A stretch of DNA of 64,000 bases from an uncultured Erysipelotrichaceae bacterium (GCA_902797855.1 CADBUI010000002.1:329-64328), one strand, 5' to 3'. Numbered from the stretch's first letter, positions 39,860-49,930 are shown. A program made the numbers and translations. Notes: generated by a model from the letters alone, not told the origin.

Positions 39860-39945
39860 AGTACCGGTGCTATCCACTAGATGGCTGAGATAAGTCTATA
39901 GCAGACTTGACGGAACCTGATCCAGGTAATGCTGGCGGAGGTAAA
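39860..39945 (+). ncRNA. TPP riboswitch aptamer
   Basis: GGTGC...GCTGAGA...GAACCTGATCCAGGTAATGCTGGCGGAGG consensus, upstream of a ThiT homologue. Confidence 0.95.
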
Positions 39946-39983
39946 CTTATATGTTTTTTCCTCCGCGATTGGAGGATTTTTTA

Positions 39984-41048
39984 ATGAAAAATACAGTAAG
40001 CACAGTGCGAATCATCTGTGAAATTGGTGTTATCGCAGCCTTAGGATTCGTTTTTGATGAACTTCAAGGGATTCTTTTTAAAGGAGTTTTCCCAAATGGA
40101 GGATCTATTGGATTTGCGATGGTTGTTGTTTTAGTCATGGCGTTCCGTAGAGGATTTTTACCAGCCATGTTAACTGGTTTATTAATGGGATTACTTGATA
40201 TCGCGACAAGCGCCTATATTCTCCATCCAGCCCAGTTGTTACTAGATTATATTTTGCCTTACGCTGTTGTTGGTCTTGTTGGATTGTTACGACCTCTATA
40301 TGTAAAAAGCGATCAAAAAAGTACAAAGATTATGTGGCTTGCACTAGGCGCATTAATAGGCGGAATGCTTAAGTTTTTATCCCATTATTTAGCGGGTGTT
40401 ATCTTTTGGGCAAACCCAGAAGATTTTGCTTGGAATTTGACCAGCATGAACCCATATTTATACTGCTTTATTTATAATATTGCCTTTATTGGTCCATCAA
40501 TTATCCTTAGTGGTGGACTATTAATTACGATGTATTTATTAGCTCCTCAAATTCTTAATGATCAACCTATTATTTCTGAAACTAAAATAGAAAAGAAAAA
40601 TATTTATCCTTATGTTATCTCATCAGTCTTAGCGATTGTTGGTACGGCGGTATTTGTTATCTTCTTAGTAAGATACATTCAAAGCTTTGAAAGCTATGAA
40701 GATGGTTCAGCCTTTGGTTATGATTTTGACCCAGATAGCTTAATACTATTTGTTCTTGGTTTATTTGTGATGGTTCTTGGAATTAATGCATTAATTGCAT
40801 CTTTCTTAAAGAAATTTTCATATCTAAGAACAAGTCTAAATCTCTTATGTATTGTTGCGGCGTCTTTAATCTATGGAATCGCTCGCTTAATTAGAATGTA
40901 TGTGAAAGAGAAAGATCCAACCCAATATTGGATTTGGTTTGGTGTTGGAGTAGCTACCCTTGCTATATGTGGAACATTCTTTGCTCTTTCATTAATGAAG
41001 CATCTTAAAAACAAAAAAGAACCAAAAGCTATTCAAGAAGCAAATTAA
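39984..41048 (+). CDS. thiT: ECF thiamine transporter S-component ThiT with extra C-terminal membrane domain
   Basis: PNGGSI, RRG..A...G...G, HPAQLLLDYILPY, HYLAGVIFW, YN; GGAGG SD before ATG 39984. Confidence 0.9.
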   Translation: MKNTVSTVRIICEIGVIAALGFVFDELQGILFKGVFPNGGSIGFAMVVVLVMAFRRGFLPAMLTGLLMGLLDIATSAYILHPAQLLLDYILPYAVVGLVGLLRPLYVKSDQKSTKIMWLALGALIGGMLKFLSHYLAGVIFWANPEDFAWNLTSMNPYLYCFIYNIAFIGPSIILSGGLLITMYLLAPQILNDQPIISETKIEKKNIYPYVISSVLAIVGTAVFVIFLVRYIQSFESYEDGSAFGYDFDPDSLILFVLGLFVMVLGINALIASFLKKFSYLRTSLNLLCIVAASLIYGIARLIRMYVKEKDPTQYWIWFGVGVATLAICGTFFALSLMKHLKNKKEPKAIQEAN

Positions 41049-41116
41049 CTAACAACACTAGTTAATGAAAAAGATATTTATATATGTTATATTTCCTTTA
41101 AGGAAAATTATTAAAT

Positions 41117-42142
41117 ATGCCAAAAGAAAAGAAAACTAAAGAAGAAAAAGAAGTCACCAAAGAAGCTAGTGAAGAAAAAGTTGAACAAGATGTTATTATT
41201 CATCACGAAGATGAACTACGTTATGAATATTCTTCTAAATATTTAGAAGATATTGAACATTCTCGTTTAGCATTTAATAAAAAGTTTAAAAAGAACAATT
41301 ACTTTAAGTGGATTGTTTCCGCTATTGCGATTGGTATTTTAATATTTGCATTCCTAGGCGTTCCTAATATTGTTCCAAAAGGTGAAGGAAATTCAAATAA
41401 TCCTCTCCAAATTGCATTAATGGTTTCTTTAGCGGTTATTTCTTTAGGAATCATGTTTGGTTATTCAATTTTCACAAAGAAATTGATTAACAAAAAAGCA
41501 AAAGAATATTTTGCAGAACTATATTCAAATATCACCTCATTTGTCTTTGAAGATGAAAGATATAAAGAAGTGGTGTGTGATTCTCAAAAGAGAATTGAAA
41601 AAATTCAATTTGATGAAAACTGTTTATTTAAAGATGTTTTTGATGTTGGTAGTAGAGCTACAACTGAATTTACATACGAAGATATTCCAGTAATGCTTTG
41701 TGATTGTGCCGCCCAAATCAAAACTGATAAAAGAGCGAAACCCGTATTTGTGGGAAAATATGTTATTGCTCCTGCTAACTATGAAAGCGATGAGATTATC
41801 GCAATCTATGTTAAAGGAGATAAGAGATCTCTTCCTCCAACAAATTTAGATGAACTCAAATGTGTTTTAGATAATGAACAGATTGCTATTTATTCAAATA
41901 GTTCATCGTGGAATAAAGTAGTTACTAGCAAAGTTAAAAACCTAATTCTTGCTATTTCTAAAGGTAAGTCACTCGTGGATATTTCTATTTCAATTCGCTT
42001 AGGAAAGTGCTTTGTTTGCTTAGGATATGATGATGATTTAATGGTTTTACCATTAGAGCAACCATTTAATCCAAAACCAACCGAAGAATATAAAGAAGAA
42101 TTGCTTAAAGTTATGTCATTAATTAAGGAGCTTAATAAATAA
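41117..42142 (+). CDS. Hypothetical membrane protein (2 TM plus soluble domain)
   Basis: 341-aa ORF with TAATG overlap to the next gene. Confidence 0.75.
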   Translation: MPKEKKTKEEKEVTKEASEEKVEQDVIIHHEDELRYEYSSKYLEDIEHSRLAFNKKFKKNNYFKWIVSAIAIGILIFAFLGVPNIVPKGEGNSNNPLQIALMVSLAVISLGIMFGYSIFTKKLINKKAKEYFAELYSNITSFVFEDERYKEVVCDSQKRIEKIQFDENCLFKDVFDVGSRATTEFTYEDIPVMLCDCAAQIKTDKRAKPVFVGKYVIAPANYESDEIIAIYVKGDKRSLPPTNLDELKCVLDNEQIAIYSNSSSWNKVVTSKVKNLILAISKGKSLVDISISIRLGKCFVCLGYDDDLMVLPLEQPFNPKPTEEYKEELLKVMSLIKELNK

Positions 42143-42669
42143 TGAATAATCTTTCTAACAGGTGGATTATTGTTCAAGCCTACAAACATAATGGAGAACT
42201 CCATCGTCAATGGAGCCATGGTTTTGTTGTTAGTGATGATGAAGATTATTTTGTTGTTGTTTCTGTTAGATCAAGCGTTATTGAAAATGATGGTCGTAAA
42301 TGGCACACAAAAGAACCTGCTGTGTTTATTTTTCCTAAACATAAATGGTTTAATGTTATCGCCATGCTAAAAGATAATGGCATTGCCTACTATGTAAATA
42401 TCGCTTCCCCAACTATCTACGACAAAGGATTCTTGAAATATATAGATTACGATTTAGATATTAAATTGTTTGCGGATGGATCCACTAAGTTACTCGATGA
42501 ACAAGAATATAAAAAGCACGCTATTGAACAGGGATATAGTGCTGACATTGAAAAGAAACTAAATGAAGCTGTCGAGCAAGTTTATTCATTAATTAAAAAT
42601 AAAAATTTCCCATTTGTGGATGGAGAAATTCTTAAATTATTCGAAAGTTTTAAAAATAAAACTAGATAA
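42142..42669 (+). CDS. DUF402/YgaC family nucleoside tri/diphosphatase
   Basis: QAYKHNGELHRQW, W.TKEPA, WFNVIAM, YYVNIASP, YIDYDLDIK, LLDE.EY. Confidence 0.9.
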   Translation: MNNLSNRWIIVQAYKHNGELHRQWSHGFVVSDDEDYFVVVSVRSSVIENDGRKWHTKEPAVFIFPKHKWFNVIAMLKDNGIAYYVNIASPTIYDKGFLKYIDYDLDIKLFADGSTKLLDEQEYKKHAIEQGYSADIEKKLNEAVEQVYSLIKNKNFPFVDGEILKLFESFKNKTR

Positions 42670-43558
42670 TTATATTAATGATTTTTCTAGCTTCTTCATT
42701 ACCCGGGGCGATACGCCTCTTTTTATTTTCATAACTCGCTAAATCACCGATCGCAAATATATGTTCAGCTGCAAATAAATGTTCGTCAACTTTTACAAAA
42801 TTAGCGTCATAATCAAGCTCAAATTGAGTGCTTGCAGGGATGTTTCCATAATTCACAAAAATGTAATCCACGGGAATATCTATGTGTTGTTTTGTTTCAA
42901 CTTGTTCGATTATTAGAACCTTAGCAAGACCATTTTCTTTGGTGATACTATAAGGAACATAAGGTAGATAAATCGCTAAATTTTTGCAACCTTTTATTGT
43001 TTCGGGATTACCTCTAAATTCAGTTCGTCTATGAATTAAAGAAATCCCATCAGAAATCTTTGATAGAGTCCTTGCCCAATCAAGCGCGGAATCCCCTCCA
43101 CCTAATATTGCAACTTTTTTATTTTTTAGATGATTGTATTCTTTTATTGAATAGATGATATTTGGAGTGTTTTCTTCGCCTTCCACTCCCATTGGACGAG
43201 GTTTAGAAAATCCTAGACCTGTCGCTAAGGCAATATATTCAGAAACATAAGTTGCATCACTTGTGATAACCTTAACATCTTCTTTATATTTAGAAATAGA
43301 TTGAACGGTAACGCTACATCTAACTTTATCGGGATCTATTTTAGACACGAGCAAAGCGATGTAATCTTTTGCTTTAATTGATTCTATTCCTGGAATATCA
43401 ACAATATCTTTTTCCGGATATAGATTTATTAATTGACCACCAACATGGTCGCTAGATTCTAAAAGAAGGTAATCAATTTCCTTCTCTTGACATAAAGAAG
43501 CAAGGTAAAGGCCGATAGGACCTGCACCAACAATTATAATTTTATGTTTCTTTTGCAT
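42662..43558 (-). CDS. TrxR-type ferredoxin/flavodoxin--NADP+ reductase (YumC family)
   Basis: GAGPIG, GGQL..LYPEK.I.DIPG, GGGDSALDWA, HRR; no CxxC. Confidence 0.88.
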   Translation of the reverse strand: MQKKHKIIIVGAGPIGLYLASLCQEKEIDYLLLESSDHVGGQLINLYPEKDIVDIPGIESIKAKDYIALLVSKIDPDKVRCSVTVQSISKYKEDVKVITSDATYVSEYIALATGLGFSKPRPMGVEGEENTPNIIYSIKEYNHLKNKKVAILGGGDSALDWARTLSKISDGISLIHRRTEFRGNPETIKGCKNLAIYLPYVPYSITKENGLAKVLIIEQVETKQHIDIPVDYIFVNYGNIPASTQFELDYDANFVKVDEHLFAAEHIFAIGDLASYENKKRRIAPGNEEARKIINIII

Positions 43559-43613
43559 GATATTATTATATAATATTTCTTGCTATTTGCTATAATGTTT
43601 TGGAGGTAGTGCT

Positions 43614-44078
43614 TTGAAGTATACAGTTGTATCCACAAGTGAAGAATTCACCAAAGAGTTTGCTAAAAAAATCGCTAGCAAGTTAAAAGTTGGTGGCATT
43701 GTTTTACTTACAGGCGATTTAGGCGCAGGTAAAACTACTTTTGTTGGTGGAGCGCTTGAATATTTTGGGTATAAAGAACACGTTATTTCTCCTACTTTCA
43801 ATATTTTAAAATGTTATTTTGAAGTTAATCCTCCTATTTACCATATTGATGCCTATCGATTGGAAGGACAAAATATCGACATTGGTTTAGAGGAATATAT
43901 TGAGGGAAATGGTATTTGTTTCATTGAATGGCCTATTTTCATTATGAAAATAATCCCAGAAAATCATCTCACTATTTCAATTAAACGACTTGATGACACC
44001 ACTCGTTCAATTACACTTGAGGATCATTGTGGTAAATATGATCATCTTATTGATGAACTTAGAGAGGAGGCGTTCTAA
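43614..44078 (+). CDS. tsaE: t6A biosynthesis ATPase
   Basis: GDLGAGKTTF, SPTF, HIDAYRL, IEW. Confidence 0.96.
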   Translation: MKYTVVSTSEEFTKEFAKKIASKLKVGGIVLLTGDLGAGKTTFVGGALEYFGYKEHVISPTFNILKCYFEVNPPIYHIDAYRLEGQNIDIGLEEYIEGNGICFIEWPIFIMKIIPENHLTISIKRLDDTTRSITLEDHCGKYDHLIDELREEAF

Positions 44079-44671
44079 TGTATCAACTTTTACTTGATAG
44101 TGCGAATAAACTTCTCCTTGTAGGTCTTGCTAAGGATAAAAAAGTCATCGATGTAATTTGCTACGAAGCTTGGCAAAGACAATCTGAAATGATGGTTCCT
44201 GAAATTGATAACATTATGAGAAGAAATAATGTTTCAAAAAAGGATATCGATGCAATTGTTGTGGGTATTGGACCTGGCTCATATACCGGCACTAGAATTG
44301 CGATAACAATCGCTAAAACAATGGGCTATGCCCTTAAATGTAAGGTCTATAAAGCATCATCGCTTTCTTTATTTAGAACACCAAAAGAGGCGACTATCTG
44401 CTTGTTAAATGCTCGTTCAGGCCGTTCTTACTTTGCCGTTTATCTTGATAATAAAGTTATTGAAAAAGACCAAGTTTTAGAAAATGACGAAGTGAAAAAA
44501 TATATCGAATCGCATCCTAACTATGTTGTAGCAGGAGAATGTGAGCATCTTGGAATAACTTCCGCTCCTTTTGATTTAGCAAGAGAACTCGTTAGTAGTA
44601 TTAACGAAGAAAATCTTGTTGATAATTTATTCAAATTAGATCCAATGTATCTAAAGGATTTATATAAATGA
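44078..44671 (+). CDS. tsaB: t6A biosynthesis protein
   Basis: GPGSYTGTRI; operon context. Confidence 0.93.
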   Translation: MYQLLLDSANKLLLVGLAKDKKVIDVICYEAWQRQSEMMVPEIDNIMRRNNVSKKDIDAIVVGIGPGSYTGTRIAITIAKTMGYALKCKVYKASSLSLFRTPKEATICLLNARSGRSYFAVYLDNKVIEKDQVLENDEVKKYIESHPNYVVAGECEHLGITSAPFDLARELVSSINEENLVDNLFKLDPMYLKDLYK

Positions 44672-45117
44672 TAACGATTCGCGAAATGACTAGTAATGAT
44701 TTAGAAAGCGTTTTATCTATTGAGAACGAATGTTTTCGTGAACCTTATAAACTATCTGATTTAGAATATGAATTAAATGAAAATCCAGTTAATAAAATGC
44801 TTGTAGCAATTGATGATGATAAGGTTGTTGGATTTATTGACTATATGATCACATTTAATTCAAGTACAATAACTCAAATTGCTGTTACTTCTTCTTATAG
44901 AAGAAAAGGTGTCGCTACAAAGTTACTAAATGCGATGGTTGAATCATTTCCAAAAGATATCGAAGATAAAGTTGAAACTATTACTTTGGAAGTAAGAGCA
45001 TCAAATTTAGGAGCGATTAAATTATATGAATCATTTGGATTTGAAAAAGTGATTATTAAACCTAAGTATTATAAAGATTTTGAAGACGCCATATACATGG
45101 TAATGAGGTTGATATAA
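44668..45117 (+). CDS. rimI: RimI-type GNAT acetyltransferase
   Basis: IAV...YRRKGVA, LEVRASN..AI.LY..FGF, YY..EDA..M. Confidence 0.9.
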   Translation: MITIREMTSNDLESVLSIENECFREPYKLSDLEYELNENPVNKMLVAIDDDKVVGFIDYMITFNSSTITQIAVTSSYRRKGVATKLLNAMVESFPKDIEDKVETITLEVRASNLGAIKLYESFGFEKVIIKPKYYKDFEDAIYMVMRLI

Positions 45118-46130
45118 TGGCAACGATATTAGCGTTAGAATCAAGTTGTGATGAAACAAGTATTGCTATCACTAAAGACGGCAAACTTTTAAGCAATGTC
45201 GTCGCTACACAAATCAAAATGCATCAGCAATTTGGTGGGGTTATGCCTGAGGTTGCTTCTAGATTACACTGCGAAAACATTTTATTTGTTCTTGATGAAG
45301 CTCTTAGAGAAGCAAACGTCTCATTAGAAGAAATTGATGCCTTTGCTTTTACAAGAGGTCCAGGACTTATTGGAGCGCTTCATGTAGGCATGCAAATGGC
45401 TAAAACACTAGCGATGTTATATGAAAAACCATTAATTCCTGTTCATCATTTAGCGGGACATATATACGCAAATGAATATATTGAAGGACTCAAATTCCCT
45501 CTTCTATCAATTGTTGTTAGTGGTGGTAATACTGAGTTTGTTTATATGAAAGAATCGATGGATTTTGAAATCATTGGTGAAACAAAAGATGACGCCATCG
45601 GAGAATGCTTTGATAAAGTAGCAAGAACTGTTGGACTTCCTTATCCAGGAGGTATCCCAATTGATAAGTTATCTAAGGAAGGTAAACATACATATGATTT
45701 ACCAAGTCCGCTTCATGACGGCTCGCTTAATTTCTCCTATTCTGGACTTAAAACTGCTGTCATTAACTTGGTTAATAATGAAAAAGCTAGAGGTAATGAA
45801 ATTAGAATTCCTGACTTATGTAAATCATTCCAAGATGTTGCAGTAGGAATGGTTATGGATAGACTAAACAAGGCTCTTGAAAGATATGATGTTAAACAAG
45901 TCGTTCTTGCTGGAGGAGTATCTGCAAACTCTTACTTAAGAGAACAGATGCATAAGAGACTAGATAATAGTCCAATTGATTTAATTGTTCCACCTATTTG
46001 GTGTACGACAGATAACGCAGCTATGATTGCAAAAATTGCTGAGCATTTATATGAAATGAAAGTATTTGCTCCATTAACAATTTCTTGCGACCCTAATTGG
46101 CGCATTGATAAATATAAAATTTACCAATAG
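45117..46130 (+). CDS. tsaD: tRNA N6-threonylcarbamoyltransferase
   Basis: ESSCDET, GGVMPEVASRLH, HHLAGH, DDAIGECFDK, TDNAAMIA. Confidence 0.97.
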   Translation: MATILALESSCDETSIAITKDGKLLSNVVATQIKMHQQFGGVMPEVASRLHCENILFVLDEALREANVSLEEIDAFAFTRGPGLIGALHVGMQMAKTLAMLYEKPLIPVHHLAGHIYANEYIEGLKFPLLSIVVSGGNTEFVYMKESMDFEIIGETKDDAIGECFDKVARTVGLPYPGGIPIDKLSKEGKHTYDLPSPLHDGSLNFSYSGLKTAVINLVNNEKARGNEIRIPDLCKSFQDVAVGMVMDRLNKALERYDVKQVVLAGGVSANSYLREQMHKRLDNSPIDLIVPPIWCTTDNAAMIAKIAEHLYEMKVFAPLTISCDPNWRIDKYKIYQ

Positions 46131-46151
46131 AATATTTAGCGAGGTAACAAA

Positions 46152-47630
46152 ATGGAAACTTATGGTATTTTAATCAGCGACGTTTATGAACTTCTTGCAT
46201 TAGCAAATGAAGAACCTCATGAATGTGGCTGTCATCATGATCATGAAGAAGATCAAGAATGTGAATGCGGACATCATCACGATGACCCAAGAGATCAAAT
46301 TCGTGAACTTGTTGATAATGAAGTAATTGTTCAAGGTTGGGTTAGAACTAACCGTGATAATGGACAAATTGGTTTTATCGCTTTAAACGATGGAACTTGT
46401 TTTAAAAATGTTCAATTAGTCTACGATGCAAAAATCGTCAAAGACTATAAAGGATTAAGCCATATCAATACTGGTGCTGCTATTGAAGTACTTGGTAAAC
46501 TTGTACTCACCCCAGAAGCTAAACAACCATTTGAAATTAACGTTAAAGAATATCGTTTACTTGGTGAAGTTGATCCTGATTATCCACTTCAAAAGAAACG
46601 CCATTCAATGGAGTTCCTACGTGATATTGCTCATCTTAGACCTCGCGCAAATACATTCAATGGTGTCTTTAGAGTAAGAAACGCTTTATCGATGGCAATC
46701 CATGAATTCTTCCAACAAAATGGATTCATGTATGTTCATACACCTATCATCACAGGTAATGATGCTGAAGGCGCTGGTGAAACATTCTATGTTGTCACTA
46801 AAGATAAAGATCCAGCAGCATTCTTTGGTAAGCCAGTTACTCTTTCAGTTTCTGGTCAACTTCATGTTGAAGCATTTGCATTAGCCTTCCGTGATGTTTA
46901 TACTTTTGGACCTACATTTAGAGCCGAGCATTCAAATACTACTAAACACGCATCCGAATTCTGGATGATTGAACCTGAAATTGCTTTTGCAGATTTAGAA
47001 GATGATATGGATTTAATTGAATCCTGCATTAAATATTGCATCAACTATGTGCTCACAAATTGCCCAGATGAAATGGTATTCTTCAATGAATTCGTCGATA
47101 AATCGCTTGTGTCTAGATTAACTGACGTGGTTAATAGTGATTTCAAACGCATGACATACACTGATGCAATTGAAGAACTTAAATATGCAGTTGAACATGG
47201 TCACGAATTTGAAAACAAGAATATCTATTGGGGTATGGATTTACAATCCGAACACGAAAGATATCTTTCTGAACAAGTTGTTAAAGGACCAGTCTTTGTA
47301 ACTGATTATCCAAGAGAACAAAAAGCTTTCTATATGAGACTTAATGATGATGGAAAGACAGTTGCAGCATGTGACCTTCTTGTTCCATATGTCGGTGAAC
47401 TTGTTGGAGGTTCTCAAAGAGAAGAACGATATGACCTTCTTAAAAAGAGAATGGAAGAAGTCGGAAACCTTAAAGGACTTGAATGGTATCTTGACCTTCG
47501 TAAATATGGTGGTTGTAAGCACGCTGGATTTGGAATTGGCTTTGACCGCTTAATTATGTATTGCACCGGTGTTCAAAACATTCGTGATGTCCAACCATTC
47601 CCAAGAACAAGCGATCCAATTAAATATTAA
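46152..47630 (+). CDS. asnS: Asparagine--tRNA ligase
   Basis: [56 protein letters not shown]. Confidence 0.97.
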   Translation: METYGILISDVYELLALANEEPHECGCHHDHEEDQECECGHHHDDPRDQIRELVDNEVIVQGWVRTNRDNGQIGFIALNDGTCFKNVQLVYDAKIVKDYKGLSHINTGAAIEVLGKLVLTPEAKQPFEINVKEYRLLGEVDPDYPLQKKRHSMEFLRDIAHLRPRANTFNGVFRVRNALSMAIHEFFQQNGFMYVHTPIITGNDAEGAGETFYVVTKDKDPAAFFGKPVTLSVSGQLHVEAFALAFRDVYTFGPTFRAEHSNTTKHASEFWMIEPEIAFADLEDDMDLIESCIKYCINYVLTNCPDEMVFFNEFVDKSLVSRLTDVVNSDFKRMTYTDAIEELKYAVEHGHEFENKNIYWGMDLQSEHERYLSEQVVKGPVFVTDYPREQKAFYMRLNDDGKTVAACDLLVPYVGELVGGSQREERYDLLKKRMEEVGNLKGLEWYLDLRKYGGCKHAGFGIGFDRLIMYCTGVQNIRDVQPFPRTSDPIKY

Positions 47631-47647
47631 TTGAGTGAGGTTATTTT

Positions 47648-47800
47648 ATGGAAGAAAATGAAGCAAATAATGTCTCTGGAAGTGAGATTAAACAACAAAG
47701 AAGCAACAACCGTGTGTTTGCGTTCTTCCTTATTTTAGATTTAGTTTTACTAGGTTTAATAATATACGAAATAATCGCCCTCGCAATGGGAATTAAATAG
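47648..47800 (+). CDS. Small single-TM protein (50 aa), not in the ORF track
   Basis: GAGG SD, ATG 47648, MEENEANNVSGSEIKQQRSNNRVFAFFLILDLVLLGLIIYEIIALAMGIK, TAG at 47800; lies before the operon terminator. Confidence 0.7.
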   Translation: MEENEANNVSGSEIKQQRSNNRVFAFFLILDLVLLGLIIYEIIALAMGIK

Positions 47801-47814
47801 AACTATTTTCTAAA

Positions 47815-47845
47815 GAAAATACTTAGCGATTCGCTAAGTATTTTT
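47815..47845. terminator. Bidirectional terminator
   Basis: AAAATACTTAGCGA-T-TCGCTAAGTATTTT perfect inverted repeat. Confidence 0.8.
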
Positions 47846-47847
47846 CA

Positions 47848-48576
47848 TTATTGTTGATTAATATTATTTGCTGGTGGATTAGTTGGTTGGTTATCAGGAT
47901 TTTCAGCATTAATTGGTGCGACAGGAGCGCTATTTGGATCATAGTTTTCTAAGCTCTTATTAAATACTGATTTACAGAGTTTCATAAGCGCATATGAACG
48001 AGCGATATAAGCTTGCACTGCAAGTAGATACCAGACTCCACCTACTAGGATTGATGGAACAAACATATATGAACCCCAGGCAAGATTTGACCAGTGAGGA
48101 GTGTCATAAGTTCCATCGGGGAATTGAACGAGGTTTGGCCATTTAAGCATGAACCATTTCGCACCGCTTTCATCTGTATGAATCATTCCACCCCAATCAA
48201 AGTCATACATTAATGTTCTAAAACCTGTTTCTTCATTTCCGAATGGATTAAATCCCCAGGTATTATTGATTAAGCAACATAAAAGAAGCATTAATGAACC
48301 AAAGGCAATTATTAATAGAGGAATCCAAGATTGTTTTAATAAAACACGTCTACTTTTCTTTAGACCAAATCTAAATAATTTTCTCTCGTTACTAATTACA
48401 CCAGTAACTACAACATCATGGATTAAATCGTCAGCTTTTTTGCCTTCCCATTTCATGATCTTTTTAACAAGAATTCCAATTAGCCCAATGATGACGAAAA
48501 GTAAAACTAATACGATAACTAAGGCGATAATTAATCTACGAGAATCTTCAGAGAAGATAGAGACAAAACTATTCAT
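47848..48576 (-). CDS. Hypothetical 3-TM membrane protein
   Basis: 242 aa; N/P/Q-rich tail; overlaps the upstream gene; GGAGG SD. Confidence 0.75.
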   Translation of the reverse strand: MNSFVSIFSEDSRRLIIALVIVLVLLFVIIGLIGILVKKIMKWEGKKADDLIHDVVVTGVISNERKLFRFGLKKSRRVLLKQSWIPLLIIAFGSLMLLLCCLINNTWGFNPFGNEETGFRTLMYDFDWGGMIHTDESGAKWFMLKWPNLVQFPDGTYDTPHWSNLAWGSYMFVPSILVGGVWYLLAVQAYIARSYALMKLCKSVFNKSLENYDPNSAPVAPINAENPDNQPTNPPANNINQQ

Positions 48577-49003
48577 TGTCGTCTTTACCTCCTGTTGTGA
48601 GTTCTTGATATTCGCCCTCGATTAGTTCAGGTTCTTTTTGTGGAAGAGGTTGAACGTTATTATTTGGTAGTTGATTTGCACTTAAAACAGTTCCATCTGG
48701 AGCCATGGTTCCAGGTTGAACATTCGCGCCTTGGATAATGAAAATATTTTGGGATTGAGGCATTGCTGGTTGAGTATTAAGTTGAGCGTTTTGTTTAGCA
48801 AGCAAAATTTCTTTAGCTCTAACATCTTCAGCGAGATCTCCAAATGGAGTGCCACCTTTAAAGAAGATAATTAAAGTTCTAAGCGCTTCATAAATAGCAA
48901 GTCCAAAACAATAAACAGCGTATAAAGCTAAAACTAAAAGGATGAGTGGTGAAAGAATTGTATATAAAACACCATATCCAATTGTTTTAAGAAAACCCAT
49001 CAT
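48569..49003 (-). CDS. Hypothetical membrane protein with Q/P-rich tail
   Basis: Hydrophobic N-terminus, low-complexity C-terminus. Confidence 0.7.
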   Translation of the reverse strand: MMGFLKTIGYGVLYTILSPLILLVLALYAVYCFGLAIYEALRTLIIFFKGGTPFGDLAEDVRAKEILLAKQNAQLNTQPAMPQSQNIFIIQGANVQPGTMAPDGTVLSANQLPNNNVQPLPQKEPELIEGEYQELTTGGKDDNE

Positions 49004-49018
49004 AGTGCTTTTATTGTA

Positions 49019-49930
49019 TTACTTAAGAGTGCCCTTCTTCAAGAAGGAAACGAGTAAGATTATTGAAGCGATTAAAAAAGGCGCGATTGCATGCACTAAT
49101 AATCCAGAAGCTGGATTTAGATATGTGTAAATAAACACATAAATTAGTGAACTAACGATAACACTTACTAACGAAAAAATAAGTGTTTTCCACATTCTTT
49201 TACTAACGACTTCACTAAGTAAAACAATCGCAAAATATATGGCAATTAAAAACGCCAAATAGGCTAGCTCTAAACTTAGGAAATATAGTCCGATAATTGA
49301 TAAGGAAAATCCTATCGTGATATAGCAAATAATTCTAACTGGAACTTCCTCTTCTTCATATTCATAACCAAACTTTTTTATTTCGTTATTAATAACAAAA
49401 TAACTTAATGTAATTTGGATGAGTGATAAGAGTAAAATTACACTAGGAATTATGTATGTAATATTTACTGAATCTTGAAGTGAAAAGAACACTAAAAATG
49501 TATGGATAATATCTATGCCTAATATGTAATTAATTAAAGGTATAGTCGCGTATGTAATTCCAGCTTGAATAATCGCACAAGAAATAATGACCCAGATCGG
49601 TGAAACTTTATATTTTGCGGATAATCCAAATAGATATCCAGTTATTAAAGAAGGAAATAAATAAAGAATTGTTGATTGAATATTCCAAAGAGTTGCTACT
49701 AAAGCAAGACCAAGTGTTGCGAAGAAATAAATAGGATAATATCTATCTTTACAGCAAACTTCCACAATCGCACTTGATAAAGGAAGTAAAAGCATCACAA
49801 ACAAAGATAGACCAACAAAAAACATATCAGTCACTGCAAGTAAAACAGTAATGATAATGCTTATTGCTGCCATGATGCCCATGAAGGCAATATTTTGGAC
49901 AGGTGTTTCTTTCTTCGAAAATAGATTCAT
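49019..49930 (-). CDS. Polytopic membrane protein (possibly YybS/DUF2232-like)
   Basis: About 9-10 TM; N-terminal NIAFMGIMAAI resembles YybS/ECF S-component starts; family call is weak. Confidence 0.6.
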   Translation of the reverse strand: MNLFSKKETPVQNIAFMGIMAAISIIITVLLAVTDMFFVGLSLFVMLLLPLSSAIVEVCCKDRYYPIYFFATLGLALVATLWNIQSTILYLFPSLITGYLFGLSAKYKVSPIWVIISCAIIQAGITYATIPLINYILGIDIIHTFLVFFSLQDSVNITYIIPSVILLLSLIQITLSYFVINNEIKKFGYEYEEEEVPVRIICYITIGFSLSIIGLYFLSLELAYLAFLIAIYFAIVLLSEVVSKRMWKTLIFSLVSVIVSSLIYVFIYTYLNPASGLLVHAIAPFLIASIILLVSFLKKGTLK

